From assembly GCF_021028975.2 (NCBI RefSeq), contig NC_059426.1, forward strand, positions 51,646,001-51,710,000: DNA of 64,000 bases, given 5' to 3'. A program made the translations under genes and the position numbers. Within the stretch, counting starts at the first letter, position 1; each line of letters opens with the position of its first letter. Below, one piece after another: positions 1-13,039 of the stretch. Source of the DNA: Sphaerodactylus townsendi. Its lineage: Eukaryota. Under the pieces are notes generated by a model. That model was not told the origin of the DNA. It saw nothing but the letters and a program-made list of their open reading frames with translations, and did no database searches.

Positions 1-130
1 TATTTACACCCAACACTTCACTACCAAAAGGAGTTTCAAAACGGCTTACAATCACTTCCCCCCCCCCCCAACTCTGCCCACAACAGGAACATTATGAGAC
101 AGGAGGGGATGAGTGTTCTGAAAGAAGTGT
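1..130 (-). mobile_element. Squamate tRNA/CORE-type SINE fragment (3' part)
   Basis: Resembles the SINE copy at 16220-16402 (cccacaacag...gagagttctg body). Confidence 0.45.
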
Positions 131-254
131 TTAACTTATAGTGTTGAGAACGGGCAGGTGAGAAATCTTACTCCACCATAATTTCAGAACAATACTAATC
201 CCAAGTAATGAACAAACTAGAATAGAAGAGGAGACGCAAATGCTATGCAATATT

Positions 255-916
255 TTATCCCCACAGACAAAAAAAATGCAACCCACTGAATATTTGGTAA
301 CCAGTTTGAGGGGTTGGGGTCAGAGTCATATCAGGTAAAAATGGAACCCGGAGAAAACCCCTTTCCTGGGCACTCCCCTGCGCCCCCCATCCCTGCACTT
401 GTGGACGGGACCGCCACCACCAAGTCCTGCCCCCAGGACTCCATGTAGGCTGAGTCCCCCCTGGCCTCCATGCAGGCCAGCAGGGCTTGGGGAGCAGAAG
501 CGTATTGGGGGGAAATGGCACCCGGAGACAACTCCTTCTCTGGGTGTCCCCCCCTTCTGCATCCCCTGTGCTCAGGGGCGTAGTTTGGGGACATGCCGCC
601 AAGCCCTGCCCCTACCTCCGTTGAGACCAGGGGGACTCAGGAGGCCACACCCCTGAGCCCCACCCCCAAGAGTGGGAAAGGCAGGGTCCTGTTCCCGAGC
701 GCCCCAGCCTCTGTGCAGGCCAGCTTTTGAAAGCTGGCTTTTTGAAAGATATTGAAAGCCAGTTCCTTGTAGGCCAGTTCCTGGAGGCAGGGCTTGGTGG
801 CATGAGGCTGGGGCACGCACCATTTGGTCATGGGGGGGGGGGGCGTTTGACACCCTGGGACATGTGTGCACCCTGGGACATGGGTGTCCCCAAGTCCCTA
901 CGGCGATATGCTCCTG
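255..916. mobile_element. Degenerate GC-rich non-autonomous hAT-like elements (two adjacent fragments)
   Basis: CAGGGGCGTAG-type terminus at 573 with a degenerate reverse terminus ending 916; another CCCCTG terminus near 568. No TSD recovered. Confidence 0.4.
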
Positions 917-929
917 ATGGGGGGGGGGG

Positions 930-1070
930 TGTATGGCCAAGCTACAGCTGACATAGGTTTTCAAGGCAAGACGCATTCAAAGGTGGTCTCACAACCAAAT
1001 TCTAAGCACCCTACTTAGCTTTGAAATCTGATGAGATCAGGTGATCTTGGGACAATCCAGTCAAGGTGGT
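930..1070 (-). mobile_element. SINE fragment with 5S-rRNA-like head and RTE/Sauria-like tail
   Basis: ccctacttagctttgaaatctgatgagatcagg is a degenerate reverse complement of 5S rRNA; flanked by ggttttcaaggcaag. A related piece lies at 63925-64000. Confidence 0.5.
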
Positions 1071-1339
1071 AGCCTGCTAGATTCTCACAAGGCAAAACTC
1101 ATTATAGCAGTATACTTGGCACTGTATTGAACAACAGACAGCCACACAGAATTCTCAGTGCTTTGCCTAAATTTATTTGTTGCTTTGTTTTGGCTTATGA
1201 AAGGCTGAGAAACTAATCATTTCAAGCAATGTAATTGCTGAATTCATATCCATATGTAATTCCTTCCAGTATGAATTAAAAATCCGCATCAAGCTGGACC
1301 CAATCACTTCCTTCTACTTGTCAGGAGATAAAAGTTTAC

Positions 1340-1975
1340 TGACAGTTTCAGAGGGTAGTCATGTTGGGCAGCAGGATTGTTAGATTTGATGCCAGTGGCA
1401 CCTTAGAGACCAACCAAGAGTTTAGGCAGCAAAGCTCCTTTTGTTGGACCATAGAATACAAGTAGGAATCGGAGTCCTTTTATCATAATCAGAAAGTAGG
1501 AGGAATTAACTCAAGTTAATTCACAAGTTCAAAATATCCTTTCCCACCCCCCTCCACTGAATAGGGATACAGGATTTTTATCTCATTACAGATGCTAATG
1601 TTCTGCTCCCAAGCATTTCTCCTCTGCTCTAATCAAGGTGATTACAATATACATTGTACCGTTGCATCCTTTACAAGTGTTCTTTACAATACTCCTCCTA
1701 CCTTCTGATAAAAGGACTCAGATCTCCATTCGTATTCCATGAAGTCTGAGGAAGGGAGCTTTGACTCTCTAGAGCACAGGTGTCAAACTCGTGGCCCTCC
1801 AGATGTTATGGACTAAAGTTCCCATCATCCCCTGCCAGAATGATGCTGACAGGGGATGATGGGAACTGTAGTCCATGACATCTGGAGGGCTGCGAGTTTG
1901 ACACATGCTCTAAAGCCATGAAACTCTTGTGGATCTCTAAGGTGCTACTACACTCAAATCTAAGATTACTGCTGA
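1340..1975. mobile_element. Old Penelope-like element remnant in inverted (tail-to-tail) arrangement, interrupted by a hAT MITE
   Basis: Left arm (gtggcaccttagagaccaac...aaagctcc) mirrors right arm (ggagctttgact...gatctctaaggtgctac). A degenerate CTGAGGA hammerhead-like core is present at ~1746. Confidence 0.55.
1775..1907. mobile_element. hAT (Charlie-like) palindromic MITE
   Basis: TIR caggtgtcaaactc/gagtttgacacatg; near-palindromic body; 8-bp TSD ctctagag/ctctaaag, fitting the NTCTAGAN target preference. Confidence 0.85.
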
Positions 1976-2280
1976 CACATACAGTTCTTTTTGTGGACAA
2001 TCCTCTATTTCACTAATGCTTTTCATGTAGATCAGTTGATGAATTCACCTCATAGAAGGAAGGGGAAGACGGTGCCTTCTAAACATTTGAAAAGATGCAA
2101 AGTAATGTCATATACCAGGTCTTTTAGCCCAGCTTGAGTGGATTTTTAAATGAATACTTTTGTGCGTTTTATTCTGTATGTATTAAACTGGTTGTAAACC
2201 TCCTTGAGACCATTCACATGGAAAGATTGGATAGAAATTTTGTTTAGTATCACAGTTCAGATGACTCGATGGAAACTTAC

Positions 2281-2339
2281 AAGAATACAGAAACTGACCA
2301 GATTGTACTTGAGCATGTTCATAAATTTCACCATAAAGA
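2281..2339 (-). other. Possible small (59 bp) third exon
   Basis: Minus-strand acceptor ttattttctgatttcAG and donor tt|GTAAGT. The frame opened by the last ATG of exon 2 stays open through it. Confidence 0.25.
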
Positions 2340-2561
2340 CTGAAATCAGAAAATAACGTGGAAATTGGAAGTGGTGGGTATTTCCTAGTAAACGACTCTA
2401 CTAACAGTATTTTGTAAAAACAGTGGAGACGTCTGGAAATGCTTTTTCAATACAGGCACAGTCCCGAGACTTATAATGGCTCTTATTTGCCTGTTCCTTC
2501 ACTTCGTGTTTCCCATATTAATTTCAATGACATTCAATACCTCAATTGACCTTCTACTTAC

Positions 2562-2708
2562 CCTTGCAGAAGGCTGTTCAACAGCATTGTTTCTAAGATG
2601 TCAAATACAGGACAACTGTTCTTGAGTCCACAAGCCCTCTTTACTCAGGACTGTACCAATAAGCTCTGGTTTTCTTCACTGAAACAACGTGGCACATTCG
2701 GTAGAGAT
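2562..2708 (-). other. Exon 2 (147 bp, largely 5'UTR) of unidentified minus-strand gene
   Basis: Acceptor tacctttcctttttctacttAG|ATCTC and strong donor CAAGG|GTAAGT. Unique sequence with stops in all three frames; a late ATG (ACAATGC) reads MLLNSLLQG to the exon end. Confidence 0.7.
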
Positions 2709-2839
2709 CTAAGTAGAAAAAGGAAAGGTAGAAGTGGGTACAAACGGCATACTGGTGACACCGCAGCCCAAACCTCCTAACAACTTCTCTCAGCAACTTC
2801 ACATAGATAATAAATAGCATAGGGAATAATAACAAATTC

Positions 2840-3050
2840 TACAGAAACCCACAGTTTTAGAGCCACGGGGCAGAGCAGGCATCCCTGAACATAACCTTCT
2901 GAGACCAACTCCTCCAGATAGTACTCAAAACACCATAACTTGGTGCCCTTTAGTCCCAACATTGAGAGGCAACTCAGTAGAATGCTATGGTCAATAGTAT
3001 CAAAGTCTTCTGAGAGATCCAGCAGAACTAGAAGGTCATTTACAACTCAA
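2840..3050 (-). mobile_element. L2 LINE RT-region fragment (degenerate)
   Basis: Minus strand reads like the L2 RT motif LVLLDLSxxFDTIDHSILL, with stops and frameshifts. Confidence 0.55.
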
Positions 3051-6000
3051 TCAAGAGCAGGCAGGCAGGCAGGGATGCCGCCGTTTGAACGCCTTGAGCG
3101 CCGTTCCAAAGGGCTTTCCCGCAGAGCAGGAAGCCCAAAAAGATTTTTAAAGATCCTACCTGAAAATTCCCCAAAAGAGAAAACAGAGATACACCACAAA
3201 AATTGAGTCTCGACGGGCAGCACCTGTCAGTGTATGGGAGCTGAGAGGGCTCTGGAGGCCAATTAAAGTCGACCCTACCCCCCCACCCCACCCCACCCCC
3301 AAGAATGCCCCCAGGATGCTGGCATGAAACTGGGTACTGCAGCTGGGCATCCCAAGGCCTCACTATGGCTGGGTGGCAACAGGTTTGCCCCTCCACCAGT
3401 GTAAGTGCCCCCAAGAGGGCAAATCTGCTGCATTGCCTCCAGAGGGAGATTTGCCACCCCCTCTGGATTGTGCTGCCCATGTTTCTAGGAAAAAAAGAAT
3501 TAATGTTGTTCTAAAAGCTAATACAGCTTCTCTTTCTTTAAAAGGGAGGATGCTATTTCCTTTGTGTTTTTCCCAAAAATGCCTCTTGAGTGCCAATCTA
3601 GCAAAAAAAAAAGGATAAATATTTATTAATAAGTTGACTCTTAGGGAAATTATAAAATTCTCAAGTTACTACATCAAAAAGTTAAACTATACAGCACAGT
3701 GGATTTGAGCCTTCTTTTTTCTTTCTTTTTTTTAGAAAAGCACTTTCATTCAAACCCATTCCATACCCACTCCATGCTACAATACTGCACTATTAAGTTC
3801 TGACACAATGAAAATGAGGCCCCAAGATTTTGGAATGAGATGTCCCTCAAATTTACAGGGGAAAAGTGGATACCAAAATTTATACTGTTTTTTTTTTAGA
3901 TCAGGTGGCAAAAACAAAAAATCAAATGAACAAACAAAGCAGGAAGCTTCAATCAGGAAAACAGCATGGTAGGAAAACATCACCCCAACCTTCAAATACC
4001 AGCTCATCTAGAGTTGTGCATTATTTGACCTTTAGTTTTCCTTCTGCTTGGAACTAGACCTATGTATCAACACATGTGTATACTGCCCTGTTTAAACCGG
4101 GTCCTTAGCTTGTGAGAGATCTGCATTGTGTTGCTACTCTAGCATTGAAAGTGCACCAATTAAGGGGCCATTTTAACAAGATGCTGAGTGATGTTGCACA
4201 GGTAGTCCTTGCATGCCACCACCACATTTAAATTAAACCCAAGCCAATTTCTCTATTCCCAGGACAAAAAAATCACCATAACCTATATTATCATAGACTT
4301 TGGATCGCCAGACAGCCAAAGAAAGATCTGATGAATTGCAGCAGCTAATTCAGAACTATGCATCAGACAATTTGTATTTCAATATTCACATCTGTGACAA
4401 ATTCACAAAGGAGGCTCAGATTCCAAAATGGGGGTAAAAACACTAGCTCCAACCAGTTTCTCAGATATACAGATTACTTAATGAGCTGTCATATTACAGA
4501 GAAGTAGTCTATGAGGCTGTGAAGACCATGGCTCAAGCACTAATGCAAGCATTGAATTGTCCTTAAGTAGGACACCAGATATTGTCTACCCATGGCAATG
4601 TTCCTATGACATGGCAACACCGGAATCTATGGTTCACAAATCCCCACTCAATAATGGCTAAGGAATAAAAAGCTCAGATACCATCGCTAAGAAAAAGGAA
4701 CCTTGGATACTTTTTAAGAAGGTTCTGCCTGCTCTGAAGTCCCACCCAGTCCAAAACAGGGATCAAAGATGAACTTTTACAAAAAAGCGGACTCATGAAT
4801 TTGATCAAACCCACATGATGAAGTTGCACTGGGAAGATACTCACTCACTCTAACCTTCTAATGGTAGTGCAAAGTGCCATCAAGACTCAAGAAACTTCAC
4901 TTGTTTCTAATGCTCTTGAATACAAATGCAAAGCTAGGCACTCCTGTGGGTGCTGGATTCTTCTTTTCTATCCTTGAAAAGACCAGATATCCTTTGCCTA
5001 TCTCTAAAATGACCGGCCTTCAACCTGCAACTACCTTAATGCCCATGAGTAACACAATAGCTTTTTTTTAAAGCTTTTACTTGAGTATTTACTATTGCTA
5101 CAATATTGTGCTGTTGTACTTAACCAGCTGCACACAAGGTTCGTCTTGCTTTCACCAGAACCCTGAAAGGAACCTGAAAAGTCTTTAAATGGTTTAAATA
5201 AAAACAGTAAATAAACCTGTGCCGTTGTGACCTGCCCAGAAGAGCTCAGCCCTGTGTAACACCCCTCTAGCGAACGTGACTTGCTTCTGCCTTTCTGCTA
5301 AGCATGGAGCTGAGAAAAAAGCAGAGATTAATCCCCAAATGCATGCTGCCTTTCAGAAGCATTCCAAATGCTCCTAAAGAAGAAATGGACAAATGGACTG
5401 TTTCTTTTGATATATGCCAATGTGAGCCTTTTGGTTCTGTCCGTTTTCTGCAGATGCTCCTAATTTCTTATTTGGTATGTATGCACCTGCAACAAACCAT
5501 GTATGCACAAATAATGCAAAAAGTACATTTGTTTTACAAAAAAATTAGGAACAATGAAAGATAAAATGACAAATTCAGTTCTCACAAGGGAGAAGCAAAA
5601 TTAAAACCAGATTTTTTTTCTTTTAGTCAAATTCACAGGGATCAGAAATCTGATGACATCCCAAGTCAAAAGCACAGCATTTTACAATCAATGTTGTTTC
5701 CGCCACCTGAGCATGGGAATGGTCTCTGATCTCAAGATTCATCTCAGAGGCATTCAGGAGAAGGGTTTGTTCAGGTCCAGTTCAGGATTATGGCAGAGGG
5801 ATAATTATGGTGACCACAGATTATGGCCAATTACCAAAACACATGGATCTCTGACCATAGAAAATCCACTATTCTGCCAGCCACAGATCCATCTTATACC
5901 TGCTGTCCGAACTAATCATACAGGACTGTTGTAGTATTAATTGATACAATGGACATGGAACATACAAAATGTACTGCACAAATGCTAAGTATTCCATTTC

Positions 6001-7273
6001 TCATTATGCTTTACTACAAGAAGAGACAAAAACTAACTGGACTGTAACATTTTAATAGACAACCAAGAGTACGGACTCCGTTTAAAAAGTGTTGTTGTTT
6101 TTTTATTCCTGAAAGAAAGATCCAGTCCCAAAGCCCACTAAACCTTTCACCAGAATTCAGGCTAAAGCTGCTCCCAGATACCGCTCTATTCATTTGCTGA
6201 TGACAGGCTTGATACTCACATGCTCTTCTCTCTAACTCTCTATGTACAGAGAACACAGCTGAAAGACTCCTGGTCTCTGAAGCAATGAATCAAGTTCCAC
6301 TTCACAACTTTAACTGAAATTTAGAATCCTTGTTTGTGTAGAAGAAAAACTCCAATTTTCCCAAACACCCATGCTCAGATTTCAAGAAATGAAGGCTGTT
6401 GTTGAAAGCTTCTGAGCAAGGTAATGGAAGTGCGGTTTCACAGCCTGTAAAATCTAAGTAGCCAGTATAACATTTTTAACCTGGATAATCTAAATCATTT
6501 TAATATGGCTAATCTAAATTAAAACTTGTGTACACACTTGTACCAACCTATTCTTCAAATCTACACAAATCAAACCTCTTCCAAGAAAATCTATACAAGG
6601 AAACATGTACACACATACCTCATACACTATTGCAGCCATATTGCTGCCCTTAATATCAAAGTCCACGGCTGAGTGCCTACCAGCAGAGCAACAAAATGGG
6701 GTCACTCACAAACCAACTATCACTTTTCTGCATTCTTAGAAATATTAACCCTCACCCCAGCCTGATAAGACTGAGATTGCTCACTGCCTACCAGGGAAAC
6801 AAAAAAACTGAATATCAGTTAAAAAGATGCAAATGGACCAGCTCAGGCATCTAAGAACCTACAGAAACATGGTCAGGAAAGATTAGAAATGTCCACGTTG
6901 CTGTATTTTCCTGTCATCTGATCCTTCATGGTATCCCATTGCACACATCCTACAGGCAGCACATCAGAAGGGAGACAACATAGTCTTTCCTTACTTGCTA
7001 GGTGACAACAGATCCTCCTTCAGACTCCAAAAAGGCCTGACAACACTTATCAAATAGCAGCAGTTACTGACAGCCTCCAGCAATAATAAAGTAGGAGACG
7101 GCATAATTTTGCTCAGTACATAACTTATTGTGCCCTCCAGTCATCAAGGTTATTTTCCATATAATCCTGAATATCAATTCTGCATTAGTTAGAGCACTGG
7201 AATGCTCCAGCTGATGGTCACCAGCTTTCTTCGTTTTTTGGATATTTTTTCAATTATTGTGAAATATTTGATG

Positions 7274-7310
7274 CCATGTTTCCATGTTTCCATGTTTCCA
7301 TGTTTCCATG
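7274..7310. repeat. (CCATGTTT)n microsatellite, ~4.5 copies
   Basis: Direct reading of the sequence. Confidence 0.95.
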
Positions 7311-8574
7311 AAATCGGCAAGTACCATGAAATAAGATAGTATCTTACAATACTGGCACTCTCAAAATTATATTAAAATGATTTTTTAAGTCCGATGATGT
7401 ATCTGTAACTGAGAGGCATTAATTGAAATGTGGATATATTAAATTCTTTAAAAATAACCAGCATTCTCTATAGATTTCCCCTTCCTGAAGGAGACTTCCA
7501 AACCTCCCATGCTACTCCTGGGGATTCCCATCCAGGATTATGCTAATTGGCTAAAGATTTCATGCTGTATACCATGTCACTATTAACGAGGATATCAAAT
7601 TGTTTAAATTGTAGGAAGAGGTTTAGCTAACAGTGTTCAGTTCTCAGTGTTCCATTTTCAACTAATACACAGCTATACTTCACTTGTATAATTGATTCTC
7701 AAAACCATTTATTTGTGTGTTTATTTACCTTTATGAATAAGCATTTTGTATGCAGTGTATTTAGTGGTTATATTTAGTTTTTCCATTGCCTCTAGTCTTC
7801 AAAATTCAGATGGGCAAGGGCACAAAAATTTCATGCTTGTTTGAGAAGAACAGTGAAAGAAGAGTTCTTACTGGTTCAGCAACGTTCTTTGGAAAAAGGA
7901 AGATTGGAAGCCAGCCACAACTGACTGAAGAATCAGCATCAAGGTTCTGTAATTTGAGTGAGAACCAAAGGACTGCAGATACATGGTTTTCAAGTACCCT
8001 ACCCTTCTTCAGAATTACACGGATTATTTAAAAATAGCCAGCAAAAAGGGTCAGGGTGATCTCAGCTGCCAACACCAAGGCTGACACTCAACAGAACTTG
8101 AGTGGTCCCAAACATTCTGATCACTATACTGATGGGCACCAATGAAGACTGTGATAAGACTGATCAATTCTGCTAACAAAGGGTTCAAACTAGCAGCTGC
8201 CAGAGTTACAGCACTTTATTTCTAGACCAAAGCAATCTATGTTGCTATCGGTTAAAGTCTAAGCAACTCCCACCTGTCCTCTAGTTCCTGACTCGCTTAT
8301 TTAATCTACCTCATGTGTCTGTGAATCAGTGAAGCCTGTACTAAGATAGCACAGTTAGTTGCTATGTGGGAATATCTGTTCTCTCTAAAGGAGATTGTTT
8401 GGTTATAGCTATTCAGAAGCAGATAAATCCTCTCTATTGCTCCTGTTCAAGACTGTACACCCCAGTTTTCCACAACCTGCATTACTCATTCAGGTTGAGT
8501 AATAAGGATATCCATGTTGCATACAGAAGATGAAGCAACTCCATCTAAAAGTATCAATAAGAGATATAGTTAAG

Positions 8575-9329
8575 TGTGGCGCCTCCCCTGACCGCCCGTC
8601 CCCCTGGGGCGAGTGTGCCGTCCCTCCTCCCTTTACCTGGGGGTTTTCCTCCCCAGCTGAGCTCTTAAATAACCTCCACAGGGTGCCTCAGCGCTAGGCG
8701 TACCCTGACACCTTTACTGCCCCTTTTCCCCCTGCCCCGTTGCCTCACGAAGCGAGGGCTAGTCCGCCTACTGGGCTCCCCACTCTTCCTCCCCTGTTGC
8801 ACTCTCACAGGGTTGGGCTCTAGCAGGAGTTCCCCAGCACCGCTGGGATACAAGACTCTCCCAGTCCCTGCCCTCCTGGGCTACACCCTTCTCTTTCCCT
8901 GCCTTCACACAACTCTCTCCTCCACCCTCTTCCCTCAGACAACGCTCCTGAGCATCCTTTCCCACCCCCTTATATCCCCTTCCTCCCCTCATCTCCCTGC
9001 CTCGTCCCAGCTATTGGCTCCCCTGATCAGGCTCAGCTGAGACTGGGCGAGCCCGGACAGGCTCAGAGCCCCACCCTCGCAGTCTCTCGGCCTGACGCAC
9101 GTGCGTCGATGGATCGCCCGGTTGAAGTATTGGTGGGTCGATGTATCGACACGGTGCCCAGTCCAGGTGTCGGAGAATTGCCGTGTCAGAGTGGCGGCGT
9201 CCCATCGGGGCGGGGTGGTGGCGGATCGGATCCGCAGTGCTTCGCCTCTTCCCCAGCTGCGAACGGGGCCGTGGGCTCATGCGGCCGCCGAACAAGACTG
9301 GGCGCCACGTTGCGGCTCGCGTCCGGACA
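8575..9329 (-). mobile_element. Solo LTR (probably Gypsy-type), young and CpG-rich
   Basis: TGT...ACA termini; 5-bp flanks ttaag/gtaag (1 mismatch). On the minus strand: GC box ~9210, CCAAT 9013-9017, ATATAA 8970-8975, AGTAAA poly(A)-like signal 8713-8718. Confidence 0.75.
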
Positions 9330-10471
9330 GTAAGTATCAGTAAGTGACAGTGGAGAGCTCTGATCAGCCAAAATAGATTATTCTGACCTTGATAGAGCAA
9401 GGGTCTGACTCACTATAGGGCAACTTCACGCATTCAGAATTCACCTCTGATGTAAAACACACATCCCCCTCCACAGTGGACTTTTGAGATGGATCTTCCC
9501 AGCTGCTTATTGCAAATAAAAACTACCTCTAGAGAAAATATTTTCAGCCTGTAAATGTATGCATACCACAGCTAGAATACAGTATGTGTGCGTGTGTGTG
9601 TGGGAGCTATACATATCTGTAGTTACTTACAATGCTAACTTTAGAAGATATGGAGTGCACAGCATACTAGTAATTGTCTAATTAACAAGTTAGGACAAGA
9701 ATTATGCACCTTTCTATTTCAAAAGAACACTTTATTCCCATCCTTACTGTAATAAAATATGTCTTAATACGAGATGAAAAGGTAGCAGCCTTCTGAGACA
9801 CGACTTAGCAGAACAAGATGAAATAGCCTCTCTTCACCAAACCCAAGCCTTCCACACTACAGATATAGAACTACAACACCTCTTCTGCACAACCCACCTA
9901 CATTAAAATATTTGGATTTATGAGAAGACCTAAAGAATCATAAGTAGAGGAATGATAAATCAGAGAGGAAATAACACTGCCAGTGTGAGCCCTTCCTTGC
10001 AAGCAGTAAGTTCAGTCAGAGACTGATCTGGAAAGGACAGCTCAATAAGGGGGTTGGGAAAGATTTATCTTTGGATCCAGAAAAAAAGAAAAGAAAAATG
10101 CACCAGTGCATCAGTGAAAAGCCAGATAAGTGGGAGGGGGACAGGTTCCCTTCAGCCCCACTGCCACAAAAGTCAGAGGTTCTAGCTATGATGAAGCGGC
10201 ACCAGTGTCCAGAACAGATGCCAGCATAGGGCGTTCCAGAGAGTAGAGCTGACGTTAGTTGGCTGCCACCCTGGGTTTGCAGTCAGTTGAGTCACAGCCC
10301 TGGCCCTGGACTTACGCCACCCTTGACCCCATGAAGTGCTTTCTAGAGGTGGGGAGGATTTTTGCTGTTTTCTCCCCACGCCTCTGGAAAGCCCTCTGAA
10401 GGTGGTGGGGCAGCACAGCAGCAGTACTGTCCCTGGCCAACTCCACTATCTGGACTTAGCTGTAAAACAGG

Positions 10472-10612
10472 GGCCCCTTCCGCACATGCAAAATACTACG
10501 TTTTCAAACCACTTTCACAACTGTTTGCAAGTGGATTTTGCCATTCCGCACAGCTTCAAAGAGCATTGAAAGCAGCTTGAAAGTGCATTATTCTGCATGT
10601 GCGGAATGAGCC
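10472..10612. mobile_element. 141-bp PIF/Harbinger-like MITE, copy 1
   Basis: TIRs ggccccttccgcacatgca/tgcatgtgcggaatgagcc; homologous to 12092-12232 and 35148-35288. Confidence 0.85.
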
Positions 10613-12091
10613 TGGGAGTCGGGGCACATCATTATTTCTTGTCTTCAAATATTCAGCAAAACTGATACAAATCATCCTCTATGCAAAGGGCTACAAAAAC
10701 TCTATATAGATAAAGGTTTGTTGCTATCTGTTGTGAAATTTCACTAAGTAGTGAAATCACAGTCTTTTATGTCTTCCTCTCTGTTTCCATAATCAGAAAC
10801 AACTCCTTTTACCAGGCATATTTTAAACTGTCTATTTATAACTTTACATGAGCATCCATATAAGGAGGAAGATAGGTTTTTTGTAAGTTAATATACCACA
10901 ACAAGCTTCCCAGGCAATATTGCGACTAGTTTCATCGGACTTCCATAATCCATAGGCACAGATGTAGCACATATGCCACAAAAAAAATGATCCTAGTGCA
11001 CTGAAGCTTAACAAAACAGCCAAGAGAAAATGAAAAAAAAGAAGCCAAAGTGGCCCTTTACATCACCAACATTTCTATTACAACCAATTAATCACAAGAG
11101 TCTACTCTGAAGGATACCAATGGCTAAGAGCAAGAGTTCGACTTGAAACAAAGGAGTCAAAAGAAACCTTACTGCTAACCTAAAAATGAGTTCTTTACTC
11201 TTCCAGATTTTTGTTAATGAACTGGAAGTGGGTATTTCACTTTACTATGCTTAAAATTTCCAGATTGTTTTGAACTTGAACCAAACCAATAGTCAATGTT
11301 TAGGGGATTGAACCAATTTTGTGAAGTAATTTCTTGGTTGACTCCTCACTTTTAGCAAACCTATTAAAGTCATGTTGGGCATATATAAAGTCACCAGAAA
11401 TTCCAGTTATAAAAAACCTGATTTTTCCAGTTTTTTCCCTCCAGAAAAACTGACACACACCCCTTACTATTCTATTAAACCTAAACTATTTTGCTGATTT
11501 AACAACACAGAATGCAACAATTTGCTAGCTTATGAAAATGGCATACTTATTGAATTCAAAAGTATAAATACAATAAAAAATGCAAATGGTATTAAAATGA
11601 AAGCAAACCACTGCAAGTTATGCTAGAGTTTGCTCACCCTAAATGTGGGTATAAATTTTCTCACATTTGATTTCTTTTAAGGGCTTCCCTGATTTTTCAA
11701 TCAGGAACATTGGAGAGGGAAGTCTTTTGAAAAAAAAATCTGTTTTTCCCTAAAAAGAATTAAAAGGCCCAGGCCTTCACATGTTTAATGTTGTGTAGGC
11801 AACTTCCCAAGGATCATAAGTCAAATGGCATGCAAGGAAGTAATTTTTTGTTAGATCCCAAACAGGAATGGAAGAAGGTACACAATTCCACCACCCCCCC
11901 CCAAAAAAAATCCTATTCCAAGGTTGAGAACTGCAAGCCACTCTGAGCAGTCTTTCAGTTAATTCTCTATTTATTGTGAATATGGAAGATGATCACTGCA
12001 AACATTATTCTAAATGAAACTTCAACAGTCTTTGGGGGTTTCACTTTCCCATGCATACCTGACAAGTTCAATAACGCATGCAATTCACATA

Positions 12092-12232
12092 GGCTCATTC
12101 CGCACATGCAGAATAATGCACTTTCAAACTGCTTTCAGTGCTCTTTAAAGCTGTGCGGAATGGCAAAATCCACTTGCAAACAGTTGTGAAAGTGGTTTGA
12201 AAACACAGTATTTTGCGTGTGCGGAAGGGGCC
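12092..12232. mobile_element. 141-bp PIF/Harbinger-like MITE, copy 2 (inverted relative to copy 1)
   Basis: Same TIRs; 3-bp TSD ata/ata. Confidence 0.85.
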
Positions 12233-13039
12233 ATACTTTTATTACAGCTGCATCAAGGAAATGACCAGACTGCAAAAGGAGTTAACCAGAAATCAACATT
12301 CCTACTCTCAGTAGCGAACAAAATTATTAAAGTGAATGATTGCATAGCGTTATTCAACAAATCATAGTCTCACACTTAACTGCTTGTAGACTAACAATTC
12401 CATTGGCAGCTTGTAAGAGTCCCTGTGTGTCACAGAATGCAGGCAGACAGATTGGTAAACTTTTCCTGTTTCATACATATTTTAGAAACATTTCTCTGTG
12501 TTATAATGTATGACATGGGGAGGACCCGCCTGGGGACTTATGACAGGCCTGTCTAGAAAAAGACTAACTTTTTTGTGCTGTCCCATTTCAAATCTGACCT
12601 CTAAAATGCACTTCACAAAAAATATTCATAGGGTGCATATGAATTTAAATCAGTTGAGCAGTAAGGCGATTGCAGGATTTCCTACATCCTTATCAGACAC
12701 CTGCACCATTGTTTGGGTGATGTCAGAAAACAGGCTGGAATTCACGAACACCCTTTTTCATGGCAATGTCAGTGGAAAGTCATGTTTACCCTATTAGATA
12801 AAAGTGAGTTCGTTTAGAGACATATATTCCTACAAGGGGAATCCCATTATCCCCTCCCCACTGCTTCCTCATTCCCTTCTCTGAAAACTTCAATAGCCTC
12901 TCCCCTTTTCCTATTTCTTTCTCTTCTTTCCACCCACCAATGAACCTATCTTTATCTGCCCCATCTCCAAATTTTGTTCTTTCCCTCTTTGGCAAACTTT
13001 TCCCAGGAAAAGCAAGGCCCAATTTTTTACAGTGCTTTT

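Noticed and set aside
983-1050. 5S rRNA gene
   Set aside because: Partial, heavily diverged and fused to a SINE tail.
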